Source of the DNA: Chloropicon primus
Taxonomy: Eukaryota
Assembly: GCA_023205875.1 (NCBI GenBank)
Contig: CP060769.1
Coordinates: 372,001 to 436,000 of the forward strand
DNA length: 64,000 nucleotides
Reading direction: 5' to 3'
In this document: positions 9,698-22,894 of the stretch, one piece after another
Layout of the letters: every line of letters begins with the position of its first letter
Position numbering within the stretch: position 1 is the first letter of the stretch
The notes under the pieces: generated by a model
What the model saw: the letters and a program-made list of their open reading frames with translations, nothing else
What the model was told of the DNA's origin: nothing
Database searches by the model: none
Position numbers and translations under genes: made by a program

Positions 9698-10138
9698 ATG
9701 ATGAAGAGCGCGATGATGAAGAGGAACGTTGCCACGACGATGAAGGCGAGCGGCAACGTGCCAAAGGCCACCTTTGTCAGGAAGGTTGCCCAGACGGCTG
9801 GCATTGCTGCCTCCACCCTTGCTCTGACCTTGAGCGCCAACGCTGCTGAGGTGAAGCTCGGAACCGATTCCGGTGGACTCCAGTTCGTTCCGTCTTCCGT
9901 GACCATCAAGAAGGGAGACTCCGTGACCTGGAAGAACAACGCCGGGTTCCCTCACAACGTCGTCTTCGACGAGGACGAGTGCCCATCCGGAGTCGACGTG
10001 GACAAGCTCTCGAACGAGGACTACTTGAACGCTCCAGGTGAGACCGTCACCAGGACCTTCAATGTCGCCGGGGAGTACAACTACTACTGCGAGCCACACC
10101 AGGGCGCTGGCATGGCCGGAAAGATCATCGTCCAGTAA
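9698..10138 (+). CDS. PETE: Plastocyanin precursor
   Basis: Bipartite transit peptide ending in ANA, then VKLGTDSGGLQFVP, NNAGFPHNVVFDED and YYCEPHQGAGM (Cu ligands). A probable 5'UTR intron at ~9494-9697 ends TTTGCAG directly before the ATG. Confidence 0.97.
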   Translation: MMKSAMMKRNVATTMKASGNVPKATFVRKVAQTAGIAASTLALTLSANAAEVKLGTDSGGLQFVPSSVTIKKGDSVTWKNNAGFPHNVVFDEDECPSGVDVDKLSNEDYLNAPGETVTRTFNVAGEYNYYCEPHQGAGMAGKIIVQ

Positions 10139-10144
10139 GGAACG

Positions 10145-10176
<32 letters not shown>

Positions 10177-10333
10177 TTCGGAGGAGGTGGAACACACACA
10201 CACAGGGGCAAGAAGCGGGGGTCCACTCCCTTCCTTCCTTGTGGTTCTAAATCGAGTTTTTGTCGAACAAAGTTTAGGTTTTGAACGTTCTTGTTCTCCT
10301 CGTCCGCCGTGTTGCCCCCTCCCCTCCCCTCGC

Positions 10334-11764
10334 TCACTCCGACCCGAGCTGCGCGAGCTCGAGCAGGGCGAGGAGGGCCTGGGATCGAATGACCCGCATC
10401 TGCTGGACGACTTCCTTGGATGGCCTCCCCCCCGGTCCAGTGGACCCGTCGTCGAGCCTCTGGTTGTCCTCCATCTCACTTTCGTACAGCAAGGCAGCGA
10501 GGCACTCGAGGAGCTTGTGCGGCACCACGTTAATCGCCCCGCCCTCCGCTTGGCCTTGCATGCCTCCGGCCCTGCCGCCCTCGGGCTTGGCCTCCCCCGA
10601 GTCCGAAAAGTCAAAGTCGGCCTGGAGGACGTCGAACTCGGCGAAGGACTTGTTCAGAATCGCTTTGATCCTCTGCGCATCGCTCACCTTGAGGAGCTCC
10701 TTGATGAGCCCGAGCTCCCTCGAAGGCAGAGCGTGGGGGTAAACCTTGGCAATCGCGGTCTCCTCCGTCTCGAACGCTTGCGCAAAGTCCCTCACCTCCT
10801 CGCTCACGCAGCACACCCTGTAATACAAGAGCTTGTCGAACGCGTCCTGGGTCTCCATCTGGCGAAACATCTCCTGGCACGCCCCGAACACCTCCACCGG
10901 CTCGCAAGGGGGAACCTCAAGCTTGTCGACCCCGTCGCTCTCCTCGCCCTCGGCCCTCTCCCCGCTGCCCGCTCTCCCGTCATTCTTCCTCCCCGCCTCG
11001 TCCCTTGCCCTCCTCATGACCCTCTCCCTGTCCGCCTTTCCCACGACTTGGGTGAGGATGTCGACGCACTGTATGCCGCCGGGCAAGTCCATCCTCAGCA
11101 GCAAGATGATCTGCTCGTAGACGCAGTTCAGCAGCTCGACCACGTCCTCCCTGTCCTGGTCCTTGGCCGCTTGGATGTACCTGCGCAACAGGAGAGCGAA
11201 GCGAGAGGAGAGTATGGGGGTCAGAGACCGCGCCGCTGGACCGGCGAAAGCTGCTGGTGCAGGGCCAGGGGAAGCCCCAGCACCCCGCGCATTTCCCCTC
11301 AAGGCTGACAATGGCGAGGAATCCGCGCTCACTTACGCTAGAAGCGTGGCGAGGAAGACGTTATCGAGCTCATCCATGTAAACTCTGCATACTTTTCTAG
11401 CCACTTGAGCCATCGCCTCCGTGCTCCGCAGGTCACCATCTCCGGCGATGCCTTCCCTCTCGTCGTCCTCGATGATCAAAGCCGCCGTGTCAATGAAGTG
11501 CTCCCTGCTGACCTCGTCTATAATCGTCTGGAGCAGAGCACTCGCCCTGTTCACCTCCTTCACCCTTCTGGTTTCCTCCGACCTCGAGCCCTGATTCGAA
11601 GAGAAACCCAAACCTCTTGCCCTTCCCCTGGTGCGATGCCGGTGCCCATCAAGGTGGGGACTCCTCCGCTGGTGAGGATGGCTCCGGACTCCTCCCCTCC
11701 CCTCTCCTCTCCCTCGTGCTCCGCACAGGCAACCGCCTCGCCGCGCCACCTCCATCTTCCTCAT
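10334..11764 (-). CDS. Conserved hypothetical alpha-helical protein, possibly plastid-targeted, 2 exons
   Basis: Intron 11181-11336 (GTAAGT..GCGCAG) joins ...MDELDNVFLATLLA to YIQAAKDQDREDVV. The start codon is uncertain. Confidence 0.6.
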
Positions 11765-12078
11765 CCTTTGGCTGCCGGTCCACCTGGACCTCTGGAGCCT
11801 TGGACTTGGAGGAGGAGGGAGGAGGGAGCGCCTAATGGAAGGGGAAGGGATGGAGAGGAGCAAGGGGAAGAGCAAGCATTGGTTGTGGCATTGGTGGATG
11901 AATGCATTGTCCCTTGCTCTTTCCAAGGAGCCCTCACTTGAAAAGATTGAGGGGATGGAGAGGAGCAAGGGGAAGAGCAAGCATGGGTTGTGTGAGGAGG
12001 AATCCGAGGAGTCTGAGGGGCGCGATCGTTATCTCTGGATATAAAGGCTAAGGATACAAGACTTGAGTGATTAATTTA

Positions 12079-13431
12079 TCAAAAGTAGATGGGCTGCAGG
12101 TCACTCTGAGCAAACTTTGCGCCGCAAGCCGGGCACTTCCTATTCCTGGACTGGACGCTTGTCGAGATGCACTCCTTGCAAAACATGTGCAGGCACCGCT
12201 TGATGATCATCTTCTTCTCCCTCGTGTTGCAAATGGAGCAGAAGAGGAGCTTCTGGTAGTGCTTCATTTGGACTTCGCGGATGTCCTTCTTGCCCACAGA
12301 CTTTTTGGCCTTGTCCTCGCTCCCTCCGTGGACGCTGGTGTCTCCCTCCAGCTTCCTCTTCTTCTCGTTCGCCGAAGTTTCTTTCTGCACGTCCAGCTCG
12401 TTCTCCAGCTCGCTGATCTTCTGCTTCAGCTTCGATTCCACGGCCTCCAGCTCCCTCTGGACCTTCTCCTTTTCCTGCAAGCTCCTCGTGGTCTGCTGCC
12501 ACTTGAGCTCCATCATGTTGTACTTCTTTTCAACCTCTCTGAGCTCGGTCTCCTTCGTGTTGTACAGGGCCTTCTCGTCCCTGATCCTGCTTTCTTGGGT
12601 GACCATCTCCTTCCTGATGTTCGCGACGTCCTTCTCCTGCCTCAGCATCTGAGCCCTCAGTTTCACTTGGCACTCGCTCTGCTCCGTGAGCTGCTGCAGC
12701 AGCTTGCTGTTGTGGGCCTGTATGTCATCGAACGACTCGTTCAGTTCGTCGATCTCCTCGATGTAGGCGTCCACTTGGGAGCTCAGGCTCTCCAGCGCAG
12801 TCCTCAGTTTGCTGTCCTTCTTCTCCGCGTCTCCTGCCGACCCCCCAGAAGCCATGGACAGTTTCAACTCGTTCAGTTCCTTCTCTTTGGCGTTGTAGTC
12901 CGCGACGCGCTTCGAAAGGATCTCCAACTGCTTTGATAACGTCTCTCCCTGCTGCTTATAGTACACAATCTGGAGCTCCCTCTCATTCTCTGCATCCTTG
13001 TAAGCCTGGGAGAAGGACTGCACGCCCGCGCGGCCGATGACCAAGGGGAACCCACAACAGTTCACAGCAATCAGTTTCCTGGGAAACAAAAGATCAATCC
13101 TTTCCAAAGGGAGGAGATTCGATACGATACGATTCGATACGCTTCGATTCGGCTGGGTTTGGATCTGTCAACTTACGTGCTCTTTGGTCACTTCCGCTTG
13201 GAGCTTTTGGTAGTCCCCTTCCATCTGTTCCAACTGCTTCTTCAGGATCTCAATCTCCTGAAGCCTCGCGCTCTTGTAGTCGCCAGCCTGGTGCCCTCCA
13301 ACGTAATGCCCGACGCCTCTCGACCCATCCATCGTCTTGCTCATCGGCATCATCGCCGGTGCGTTGTACTGGTGCTCGTGCTGATGGAGGTGGTCCTCAT
13401 GAGATGGAGGAACCATCGGTCGGTAACTCAT
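12079..13431 (-). CDS. BRE1/HUB1-like E3 ubiquitin ligase (coiled coil plus C-terminal RING), 2 exons
   Basis: C-terminal CSICNTREKKMIIKRCLHMFCKECI...RNRKCPACGAKF..DLQPIYF and the YIEEIDEL..SFDDIQAHNSKLLQQL coiled coil. Intron at ~13005-13176. Confidence 0.8.
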
Positions 13432-14271
13432 CTCGCTTGCTTTGCTTACTCCTCTGCCCTTACTCGCCCTTGGCTCTTCTGTGCTCGGTTCACGGATACC
13501 AGCAACGTGTCGCCTGTTGCAGTGAGCGAGAGTTGAACCTCCTTCCTCTCTGTTCCGTCGTCACACCGCGCCGCTCACACACAACACAAACACAAACACA
13601 CACAAGCTACTCACCACCTCTCTCTCCCTGTCTCTGGAGGAAGAGAAAAAGAAAAAGAGGAGGATTTTTTTGTGGAAAGCGGAGGCGACGAAAGCGTCGT
13701 GGTGGCAAGAGAGCGCGCCGGAGTCAATGGTCCCCGAAGGTGAGCACCAAGTCCCTCTCCTCTCCTCTCCTCTCCTTACTCTCTTCTCTTCGCCCCTTGA
13801 CGGCTTTTTGTGTTTTTTGAGTGGCGTCTGTCGATCGATCGAAGGAACAGGAGGAAGAGAGAGAGCATGCACAGGATGAATGGGCGTCACCATCATCATC
13901 ATCCGCCCCTCGTGTCTACCATCCAGCATCATGCTTGGTTGCTTGATTGCTTTCTTTGTCTCTCTCTCTCTCTCTCTTTCTTTCTTTGTCTCGTTTTCCT
14001 GGAGGAGGGGAGCCTTGCAGGCTGCAGGAACTTGGTGCCAACAAGCGTCGACGATCTCGCTCGAGGGGAGACAGAGAGGGACTCCGTGATGGTGGATGAT
14101 CTTGGTGGGGGAGCAGAACACGCTCTCTCCTTCTCTTTCTCTCTCTTCTCTCGCTTCTTGGTTACCATGGACCTTCATCTCAGATCAGAATGTCATGGGT
14201 GATGGACCGCCGTATGGGACAGAGAAAGGAAGGGAGGAAGAGACAAGGTCTTGATGGCGAAGAAGGGACTG

Positions 14272-14649
14272 CAAGACCCCGACGCTCCATTCCTCTCGAC
14301 CCTCCACCCTCACTGCAATGGACCACCTTCAGATCAGAATCAGAATCAGAATCAGAATGATCAGCAAAATGATTTGGATGATCACCCGTCCTCTCTCCAG
14401 ACAGGCAGAGAAGGGATTGGTGGTAACGGTGCAGGGGAGACCGCAAGGCCCCGACGCTCCATTCCTCTCGACCCTCCACCCTCACTGCGATGGACCACCT
14501 TCAGATCAGAATCAGAATCAGAATCAGAATGATCAGCAAAATGATTTGGATGATCACCCGTCCTCTCTCCAGACAGGCAGAGAAGGGATTGGTGGTAACG
14601 GTGCAGGGGAGACCGCAAGGCCCCGACGCTCCATTCCTCTCGACCCTCC
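14272..14649. repeat. Tandem repeat, 172-bp period (2 full copies plus a partial one) with internal (ATCAGA)n
   Basis: caag(a/g)ccccgacgctccattcctctcgacc at 14272, 14444 and 14616. Confidence 0.95.
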
Positions 14650-15144
14650 GTCCCCTCCCTCCTCCTCTCCAACCATTCTCTCTCTCTCTCTCTCTCTCTC
14701 TCGGAAAGATCAGATCACGATCTTTGATTTTTTTCTCTGGACCGTCCAACTCACGCCGAGTCATTGTGTGGTGCAGAATCAATCCACAGGAGGAGACGCA
14801 GTGACTGTAAGTGAATCGCGGCCACGGGAGAGGAAGGGAACAAAGGGAGGGCGACAGGAACACAAACAGGTGAATCCGTCATCGCGAGACCTTTCCATCG
14901 AACCCAAACACGAAGAAAACCAACCACTGTGGACCATGCTCCATTGTTTTGGAAAGGATTTTGATCATGATCATCTTGATGTTGTTGGGCTGACAGCATC
15001 TCTCTCTCTGTCTCTCTCTGTGTCTCTCTGTCTCTCTGTCTGTCAGTCTGCTCCTTTGTTTTGGTCGTTACCCGTCATCGGTACCAGCGTCCTCCTCGCT
15101 TCCACCTTCATCTTGGAAGTCAAGTCTCATCGACGACCACACGG

Positions 15145-17835
15145 ATGCGTTGGGGCAGCGCCGTGATGGAAAGGGCGATGACACGGAGGGTCTCGGGTGC
15201 GAGGTTGACGAAGGTTCGTGCGAAGCCGTCGGCGGCGAGGTGTTTGCGCCATGCCTCCGCTGCTGGGTCTTTGGCGGCGCCGGTCACCACTCGACCTTCC
15301 TCTTCGTCGCCATCGTCATCCACTTCGTCAGGCTCCAGGGTCTCGAACAGGAGGCAGGGTGGTGCGGCGTGCAGGGCCAAGGCGGAGGAGCCCGAGATCG
15401 CGCCGCTGGAGATGCTGAAGAAGGAGAACGAGCTGCTGAGGAAGGCGATCGAGTCGGCGGATGACTCCGTGACGGAGCTCGAGGAGGAGCTCGACGCCGC
15501 GGGCGTTTCCTTCGAGCCGGCCTCCTCCGAGGAGAGCAGCAGCGGGGCCGAGGGGCCTGTGGCTGAGGCCGTGGGGAGCGCCTGGTCCCCGACCCAAGTC
15601 CAGCCTGAGGGCCACGCCATGGAGGAGAGCTACGGGAAGCCAGGGATTCCGGAGGGCGACGGCACGGAGTGCCTCAGGTTCGACCCAACGCTGTGGTCCC
15701 ACGCGGACCACATCAAGGAGAGGTACGGGCGGTACCGCAGCGTGAGGCACGCCATCGACGAGAACGAGGGCGGCCTCGAAGCCTTCTCCCAGGGTTACAA
15801 GCACTTCGGGTTCAACAGAGGAGAGCACGAGGGCGAGCAGGGGATCTGGTACAGGGAGTGGGCTCCGTCCGCAAAGGCTTTGGCCCTCGTCGGGGACTTC
15901 AATGATTGGGACCCGAAACCGGAGCACTGGGCGTTCAAAAACCCTTTTGGCGTGTGGGAGCTCTTCCTTCCCGACGACGACGAGGGAAAGAGCGCGATTG
16001 AGCACAGGTCGAGGGTGAAGTGCAGGCTGGAGGCGGAGAGCGGAGAGTGGTGCGAGCGGATCCCCGCTTGGATCAAGTGGGCGACCCAAGCTTGGGACGA
16101 GGTGCAATTCAACGGGTGTTACTGGGAGCCGGAAGGAAAGAGCGAGCCTGGCGTCTTCGAGGAGGACAAGAAGTACCAGTTCAAGTACAACAGGCCCAAG
16201 AAGCCGAGCAACTTGAGGATCTACGAGTGCCACGTGGGCATGTCCAGCCAGGAGCCGAAGGTCAATTCCTATCTTGAGTTCAAGGACGACATGCTGCCAA
16301 GGATCAGGGACTTGGGTTACAACGCCATCCAGATCATGGCCGTCCAGGAGCATGCCTACTACGGGAGTTTTGGCTACCACGTCACAAACTTTTTCGGCGT
16401 GTCCTCGAGGTCGGGAACCCCGGAGGAGCTCAAGGCGATGATCGACGAGGCGCACAGGCTGGGACTGTTTGTGCTGATCGACGTCGTCCACTCTCACGCG
16501 TCTAGCAACTCCAACGACGGGATCAACCTCTTTGACGGGTCCGATGGCCAGTACTTTCACTCCGGGGCCAAGGGGTACCACTGGATGTGGGACAGCAGGC
16601 TCTTCAACTACGGGAACTGGGAGGTTCTCAGGTTTCTGCTCTCCAACTGCAGGTGGTGGCTCGACGAGTACAAATTCGATGGCTTCAGGTTTGACGGGGT
16701 CACCAGCATGATGTACCATCACCACGGGCTTCAGATGGCGTTCACCGGGAACTACGACGAGTACTTCGGAATGCAGACTGACTTGGATTCGGTCGTTTAC
16801 CTCATGCTCGCGAATGACATGATCCACAGCATCTTCCCCAACGCGGTGACGATCGGCGAGGATGTCTCTGGCATGCCGACTTTCTGCAGGCCCGTGCAGG
16901 AGGGAGGCGTGGGTTTTGACTACAGGCTGCAGATGGCGATCGCTGACAAGTGGATCGATATCTTGGAGACTTCGGGAGGGGACGAGAACTGGTCCATGGG
17001 AGACATTTGCCACACCCTGACGAACAGGAGGTACGGGGAAGCCTGCATCGGTTATGCCGAGTCCCACGACCAGGCCCTGGTCGGCGACAAGACCATCGCT
17101 TTTTGGCTCATGGACGCCGAGATGTATTACGGAATGGAAGCGGACTCCAGCAACGACGTCGTCAGCAGGGGCATTGCCCTGCACAAGATGATCAGGACCA
17201 TCACGTCAGCCCTTGGCGGCGAGGGGTACCTGAATTTCATGGGCAACGAGTTTGGCCACCCGGAGTGGATCGACTTTCCGAGGGATGACACGTACGACAC
17301 CTCCACGGGAGAGTTCATTCCAGGCAACGGGGGATCCCACGACAAGTGCAGGAGAAGGTGGGATCTCGCGGATGCCGAGTCCCTCAAGTACAAGTACATG
17401 AACTCTTACGACAGGGCCCTGATGCATTTGGACAAAGCGTTCGGATTTGTCAACGCTCCTCACACCTACATCTCCCGCAAGGACGAGATGGACAAGCTGG
17501 TCGTGTTCGAGAAGGGGGATCTGGTTTTCGTTCTCAACTTCCATCCTTGCAACTCGTACACCGATTACAGGGTGGGGTGCTTCAAGCCCGGGACCTACAA
17601 GATCGCCCTGAGCTCTGACGAGGGCGTCTTTGGCGGCTGGAGTAACGCCAGCAAGTGGAACAACGCCGAGTTCCACACCCAAGACGGCGACTATGACAAC
17701 AGGCCTTGCAGCATGCAAATCTACGCTCCGAGCAGAACCGCTGTGGTCTACGCTCCGGCGGACTGGTGCGACAGCGAGAACGAGAGCGTCCCAGGTTTGG
17801 GGGTGAAGGGCGTGGGTCCGTACTATTCCTACTAG
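15145..17835 (+). CDS. SBE: Starch branching enzyme (GH13, SBE2-type), plastid precursor
   Basis: [71 protein letters not shown] and [19 protein letters not shown]. Ser/Arg-rich transit peptide; intronless. Confidence 0.97.
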   Translation: MRWGSAVMERAMTRRVSGARLTKVRAKPSAARCLRHASAAGSLAAPVTTRPSSSSPSSSTSSGSRVSNRRQGGAACRAKAEEPEIAPLEMLKKENELLRKAIESADDSVTELEEELDAAGVSFEPASSEESSSGAEGPVAEAVGSAWSPTQVQPEGHAMEESYGKPGIPEGDGTECLRFDPTLWSHADHIKERYGRYRSVRHAIDENEGGLEAFSQGYKHFGFNRGEHEGEQGIWYREWAPSAKALALVGDFNDWDPKPEHWAFKNPFGVWELFLPDDDEGKSAIEHRSRVKCRLEAESGEWCERIPAWIKWATQAWDEVQFNGCYWEPEGKSEPGVFEEDKKYQFKYNRPKKPSNLRIYECHVGMSSQEPKVNSYLEFKDDMLPRIRDLGYNAIQIMAVQEHAYYGSFGYHVTNFFGVSSRSGTPEELKAMIDEAHRLGLFVLIDVVHSHASSNSNDGINLFDGSDGQYFHSGAKGYHWMWDSRLFNYGNWEVLRFLLSNCRWWLDEYKFDGFRFDGVTSMMYHHHGLQMAFTGNYDEYFGMQTDLDSVVYLMLANDMIHSIFPNAVTIGEDVSGMPTFCRPVQEGGVGFDYRLQMAIADKWIDILETSGGDENWSMGDICHTLTNRRYGEACIGYAESHDQALVGDKTIAFWLMDAEMYYGMEADSSNDVVSRGIALHKMIRTITSALGGEGYLNFMGNEFGHPEWIDFPRDDTYDTSTGEFIPGNGGSHDKCRRRWDLADAESLKYKYMNSYDRALMHLDKAFGFVNAPHTYISRKDEMDKLVVFEKGDLVFVLNFHPCNSYTDYRVGCFKPGTYKIALSSDEGVFGGWSNASKWNNAEFHTQDGDYDNRPCSMQIYAPSRTAVVYAPADWCDSENESVPGLGVKGVGPYYSY

Positions 17836-18312
17836 TGGGATGATCCATCCACTTCTCTTACTATTATCCCGTTGGTGCATCGGGTGCGATTCTTATCTTT
17901 CATGTAAACAAACAAACACAAGCTTCGATACAATAAAAAACCAAAAAGATCATCCTCGATCGTGGGCGTCGCCCCCTCCCCCTTCATCCTCATCCTAAAC
18001 GCATGCTTTCCACAAGTGAGGGCTCTTTGGAAAGATCAGGAGGAAGAGAAACAGGCAATCCATCCAATCCATTCATCCACGTGGCCCTTGCCCTCGTCAT
18101 GTCTCTCTCCATGTCTCCCTCCGGCTATCCAACCCACACCCCGGGCTAGCGGATTTTGATTTTGAGGGAAAAAGCTTCAGCTTCAGTTCCCGTTGGAGGG
18201 CAAGAGTGCAAGAGGAGAGCGAGCGAGCGCGCGCCGAGCGACAGAGCCAAGGTGTCGACGGCAAGGACGAGGCGCACAGGAGCAAGAGGACGGTCAAGAC
18301 CTCATTCTAATC

Positions 18313-18596
18313 ATGAGCCTTCACCTTACTCCCGTGGGTACTGGGAGGGAGACACCAAACTATCCACAAAGCGCTGGCGGCTATCCAACCCACACCCCTC
18401 ATGCCAACGCCATGGCTCCGTCCTCTTTCGTGACGCCGACGTTGACAGGTTTGCAGAGGACTGGGAGGAGGGGAAGCGTGTGGGAACGATTCACGAGGGA
18501 AGGGGCGCTCGAATCCGCTAGCGTCTCGAGGTCGGAGGCAGCCGAGCTCAACAATAGGGCAAAGTAAGTCCAGCGAGCAGTGCAGAAGTACAACAC

Positions 18597-18637
<41 letters not shown>

Positions 18638-20224
18638 GGAAGGGAACGAGGTCTCCGTGTGTTCCTTTTTGCCATTCGCTTGGAGTCATTCGCTTGTCGG
18701 ATGCTCCTCAATCAAGCCAACCCATTCCATCGAAAGCGAACGAGGAGGAGGAGGAGGAGAGATGGATAGATCTCATTTCTCCTTGTCTCTCTTCGCGGAT
18801 GGATGAATGGATGGATGGATGGATGGATGGATGGGCAAGTGCAAGCTTCTCGTTGTGCTTGAGGGGAGCAATGTTCTGACCGAGTGCCTCCTTGTTTGAT
18901 TTGGTTTTTGTTTTTGTTTGGCAATGATGGGTGCAGGTGGCTCGAGCAGCGGCTGGCGGACAGCGAGGAGCAGCTTAGGGAAGCAGTGGAGGAGATAGTG
19001 GAGATGCGAAAAAGGGAAAGGATGCTGGACGAAGCGATCAGTGAGGCTGAGGAGGCCAGCAGGACCGAGAGAGCCAAGCTTCAGATCGCGGCCAGGGACG
19101 CTCAGATCAAAAGCGAGATTCTCGAGAAGGAGAAGAACATGCTGATAGACAAGCTCCAGGGCGAAAAGTACGGGGCGACCGAGCTGGTGCAAGAGAGCAA
19201 CAAGCTTGGAGAAGAGAACGAAAAGCTATGCGAGGAGAACAAAAAGCTATGCGAGGAGAACGAAAAGCTATGCGAGGAGAACTCCAAGTTCACGGAGAGG
19301 GAGAACTCCCTGGAGGCTTCCTTGAAGGCAAAGGAAAATGAGCTGTTGAAAGAGAAAAGCCTCAACGTCGAGCTGGAGAAGAAGTGCAACATGCTAGAAG
19401 GGCAGCTGAGCGCCAGCTTTAGAGAATACAAGTTTGACGTGCAGAATCTCAAGGCCAAGGAAAAGGAGCTGAAGAGCATCAAGGCCAAGCTGCAATCGTA
19501 TGAGGAAGCGATTGAGCTGAAGGAGGCCGATATTGATGCAAGGGAGAAGTTCTGCGATACGGTTCTGCAAGAGAACCAAGGGCTGAGGAAGGATAAAGAG
19601 CTTCTGCAGAAGAAGATTCAGGCCGCGGAGGCGACGACCAAGGCCGCCGCTGCCCCTCCTGCGAAGAAGAAGCCGAAGGCAAAGGATCCTGTCGCCGCAG
19701 ACTCAACGGCGCCGGAGACCACTGAGAAGGAGGGGGACGATAGTCCTGCGTACACCAGAGAGGCAATCATGAGGATGACCGTCTCAGATTTGAAGAAGGC
19801 GCTCAGTTCAGCCGGTCTTGAAGTCCCAAGCAAAGGTCGCAAGGCTGAGCTCCAGGAGCTTGCGTTGGGGAGCCTGCTCTCCAAGGGTGAGGAGGAGCCG
19901 GGCACGGCGGACGCTGGTGCTGACGAGCCCGAGAGCGCACCCAAGGAATCCGAGTCGTCTTCTCTTACGGAAGCGAAAATTTCAGGAATGAAAGTCGCCG
20001 AGCTGAGGAAAGAGCTCGCGGCATTGGGTCTGGACGCCTCTGGCATCAAGAGCGTCCTCCAAAAGAGGCTGAAGAGCGCGATCAGCCAGGACAAGGGCAA
20101 GGCCAAGGCCGCGAGTGGCAAGGGGAAGAGGAAGTCCCCTCCGTCCCCTCAAGCCTCCCCTTCGAAGAAGAGCCGGAGGACCACGAGGAGAGGAAAGGGA
20201 TACATTCTGGATCGGCTGAATTGA
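18313..20224 (+). CDS. Coiled-coil protein with two SAP/HeH DNA-binding motifs, 2 exons
   Basis: MTVSDLKKALSSAGLEVPSKGRKAELQE and MKVAELRKELAALGLDASGIKSVLQKRL. A 21-bp EENEKLC repeat lies at ~19213-19281. Intron at ~18564-18936. Confidence 0.7.
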
Positions 20225-20333
20225 TGAAGAGATCAGGAGAGTCAGAGTCCACAGTCCACACACACACACACACACACACACAAAATAGCTTTTTTGTAAC
20301 ATGTTTTTGTCCTGTTTCGTCAAAATTTCGTCA

Positions 20334-21392
20334 TCATCTCCTTGTGGTGTAGCTTTTTGCGAGCTCCACCAGGTGCTCGACCCTCGCCCAGTCCTGCGCG
20401 ACCCTCGCTTCCTTCTCCTGCATGATCTGATTCCTGCGTCCAAGGGTCGAGTCGATGTCCCCGTCCAAGCGCTGGGAGTTCCTCAGTCCGCTGCTCCCCT
20501 CGTCACCCGCCGACCCGAATGACTTCCACCACTGGCTCTGCATGTTCCTCCGGCTTCTGTCCGCCTGCCTGGCGGTCTCAAAGCAAAGCTCGTGCTCCTT
20601 CCTGGCCCTCTCCAGCCTCTTCCCCGTGGGGAGAGGGGGAAGGGAGGAGTAATCGATCTGGGCGCTCGTCGCCACGTCGTCGAGGGTTCTGCTCGTGGCT
20701 TGGGTCTGCACGAGCTGGTTCGACAGCAATGCTGTCTTCTTGGACAGCCTGCTTTTCGCCCGCTGCAAGGCTGCGAACCTCCCCAAGGACTCGTGGCACT
20801 CCTGCATGAGGCGCTTGGAGTTCTCCTCCTGGCCCTTCTCGTACACCTTGTCGTACACTGATGCCCTCTCCGCCATTGCCCTGATCTCATCCAGGAGCTC
20901 CCTCCTCCTGTCCTGAGGCAGAAGGGACCAGTACTGCGTGCAGTTCGTCTGGCTCAGCTGCACGGGGGCGTGAACCTGGAAGTCTGACTCCCAGTCGGAC
21001 GAGGACGCCGACGCGGACGAGGACACCGCCGCCCTCTCCACCAAGCTTGGTCCGTCGTGAGAGGGCTCGCCTGTCCTCCTCCTCCTCCTCCTCCAGGCTT
21101 GCTGGATCACCGTCGCCGCGTGGGCCCTCTTCACCTTCTTGTAGTTCTCGAACAGGTCAGAGTCCAAGTTCTTCAGGTACTTGGCCTCCACCTCCGCCCT
21201 CCGTATCCTCCTCTGCCTCCTGGCGTTCTCCAACGCCCTCTTCGCCGCTCCGTACTCCTTCCTCAGCCTGAACCTCCTCTGAATCACCACGGCGGCCCTC
21301 GCCCTCCGAGCGTTACGCTTCTGCGTCCAAAACATCCGAAACGCAGACTGAACCTTTACAGCTGCTTGGGTCCTCTCCTCCAACCGGTTCAT
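20334..21392 (-). CDS. IQ calmodulin-binding motif protein, IQCB1/NPHP5-like
   Basis: Three IQ motifs (VQSAFR, IQRRFR, IQQAWR), then L..DRRRELL, a coiled coil, AR.EH and QWWKSFG near the C-terminus. Confidence 0.65.
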   Translation of the reverse strand: MNRLEERTQAAVKVQSAFRMFWTQKRNARRARAAVVIQRRFRLRKEYGAAKRALENARRQRRIRRAEVEAKYLKNLDSDLFENYKKVKRAHAATVIQQAWRRRRRRTGEPSHDGPSLVERAAVSSSASASSSDWESDFQVHAPVQLSQTNCTQYWSLLPQDRRRELLDEIRAMAERASVYDKVYEKGQEENSKRLMQECHESLGRFAALQRAKSRLSKKTALLSNQLVQTQATSRTLDDVATSAQIDYSSLPPLPTGKRLERARKEHELCFETARQADRSRRNMQSQWWKSFGSAGDEGSSGLRNSQRLDGDIDSTLGRRNQIMQEKEARVAQDWARVEHLVELAKSYTTRR

Positions 21393-21786
21393 GGTGGACA
21401 AGAGAGGAGAGAGAGGAGAGAGAGAACGTGTCCCGCTGCTGCTGCCGCCGCTGCTGCTGCTGCTGTTGATGGTGGTGGTGGTAGTCACCGAAAGCCTCGA
21501 TGGTGCTGCCGTGCCGTCCTCCGCTTTGGCCTCTCCTCTGTCCCCCTCTGCCTTGTGTTGTGACACTTTGGAACAAGTTGCTTTTGCTTTCCCAAAGGTC
21601 CTTGGAAGGAAAGAACCTTTCCGTCCAAGTGAGTAACCAATCGAAAGAGGAAGAGAAGACGCTTCGCCTTGCGTTGCCCCTTTCACGAAAGCAGTGACCT
21701 GCCGCTGGTGATGATGAGATGATCCTTGCCGCTTGCCTCGGTCAGACCTCCATCGTATTGTGCCCAATCCTGACTATTTGAAATTT

Positions 21787-21787
<1 letters not shown>

Positions 21788-21857
<70 letters not shown>

Positions 21858-22126
21858 GATGATGAGATGATGATGGAGGAGGGGAGGAGGGAGGGGGATG
21901 ACTGGCAGGACTGGGATTCTGTCTGCTTGAGGGAGAGGGTGTCATCGGTCGGTGGTGCTTCCCTTGCTTGCAGGGTCCGATGCATAGAGTGCAGGAGGAG
22001 AGAGAGAGAGAGGGAGGAGAGGCTGGGAGTGGGTGATGGTGATTCACCGTTGGCGCTTGGCGTTCCACCTCCATCCGTGACAGAAAAAGAACGAACGAAA
22101 GAAGCAGAGACATAAGGAAGACAACA

Positions 22127-22182
<56 letters not shown>
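21788..22182. repeat. Two long (GA)n microsatellites in the divergent intergenic region
   Basis: Pure GA runs at ~21788-21852 and ~22130-22182. Confidence 0.9.
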
Positions 22183-22189
<7 letters not shown>

Positions 22190-22894
22190 AGAGGGAGAGG
22201 GAGAGAGGTTGCGGCAATGGCAATGCAGACCTGCTGGTGGTGGTGATGCTTGCTGGCAAGACGAAGAGAAGAAGCGCTCGCTTCCTCGGCCTCGAGCAGG
22301 GAAAATTAACGTAATAAGGCGAAACTAGGGTTAGGGTTTTTTTTCCCGCCAAAAATGGAAAAAAAAGATTCCTGGAAAATTCCAACATGGGATTTCTACT
22401 CTGTTAACTGCCATTCTTTCAGAGGGGGACGAAGACTCGCGAGGCGACGGAGTTGACCCTTTTGGAAGGTAAGTGAGGTCCCACTGGGTTGATTAAGGGA
22501 CCCGGAAGCGGAACAGATCGGACCGCCTTGTCGCGAGCTTTCGAACGGTGTCTCGGTCGAGGCATGAGACCCACGGGTGAGGATTCTAGGGACTGAAAAG
22601 AAAAAGCTTCTTTCTTGTTTCAATCCCATTCCTCCCATTCAAGGTTTTTTGTGTCCCGTCGTTGGGAGGTGAGTGAGCCGTTTCGGTAACGGGCGAAGCG
22701 GAGCGTTACAAGCGGAACCATCTTCTCTGGATCTTTCCAACGACCTCTCCATCTCGTTCTTGGTTTTCGGAGTCCACAAACTAAAACGGTCGCAAACTCA
22801 TCCTCATCCTCCTCATCCTCAATCCTCATCAAGGAGCAACGAGAGAGAGAGAGAGAGAGAGAGAGCTGGCGTGCGTCGTGGTTGGGCCGAACCG

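Noticed and set aside
13440..15140. Numerous small ORFs in the BRE1-SBE intergenic region
   Set aside because: They derive from microsatellites and the 172-bp tandem repeat and show no coding signal.
15328..17184. Long antisense ORFs (also 23426-25909, 35601-36914, 37368-38705, 39153-40523, 51471-52916, 54414-55994)
   Set aside because: These are shadow frames opposite recognisable genes, expected from GC-rich codon bias, and show no protein motifs.
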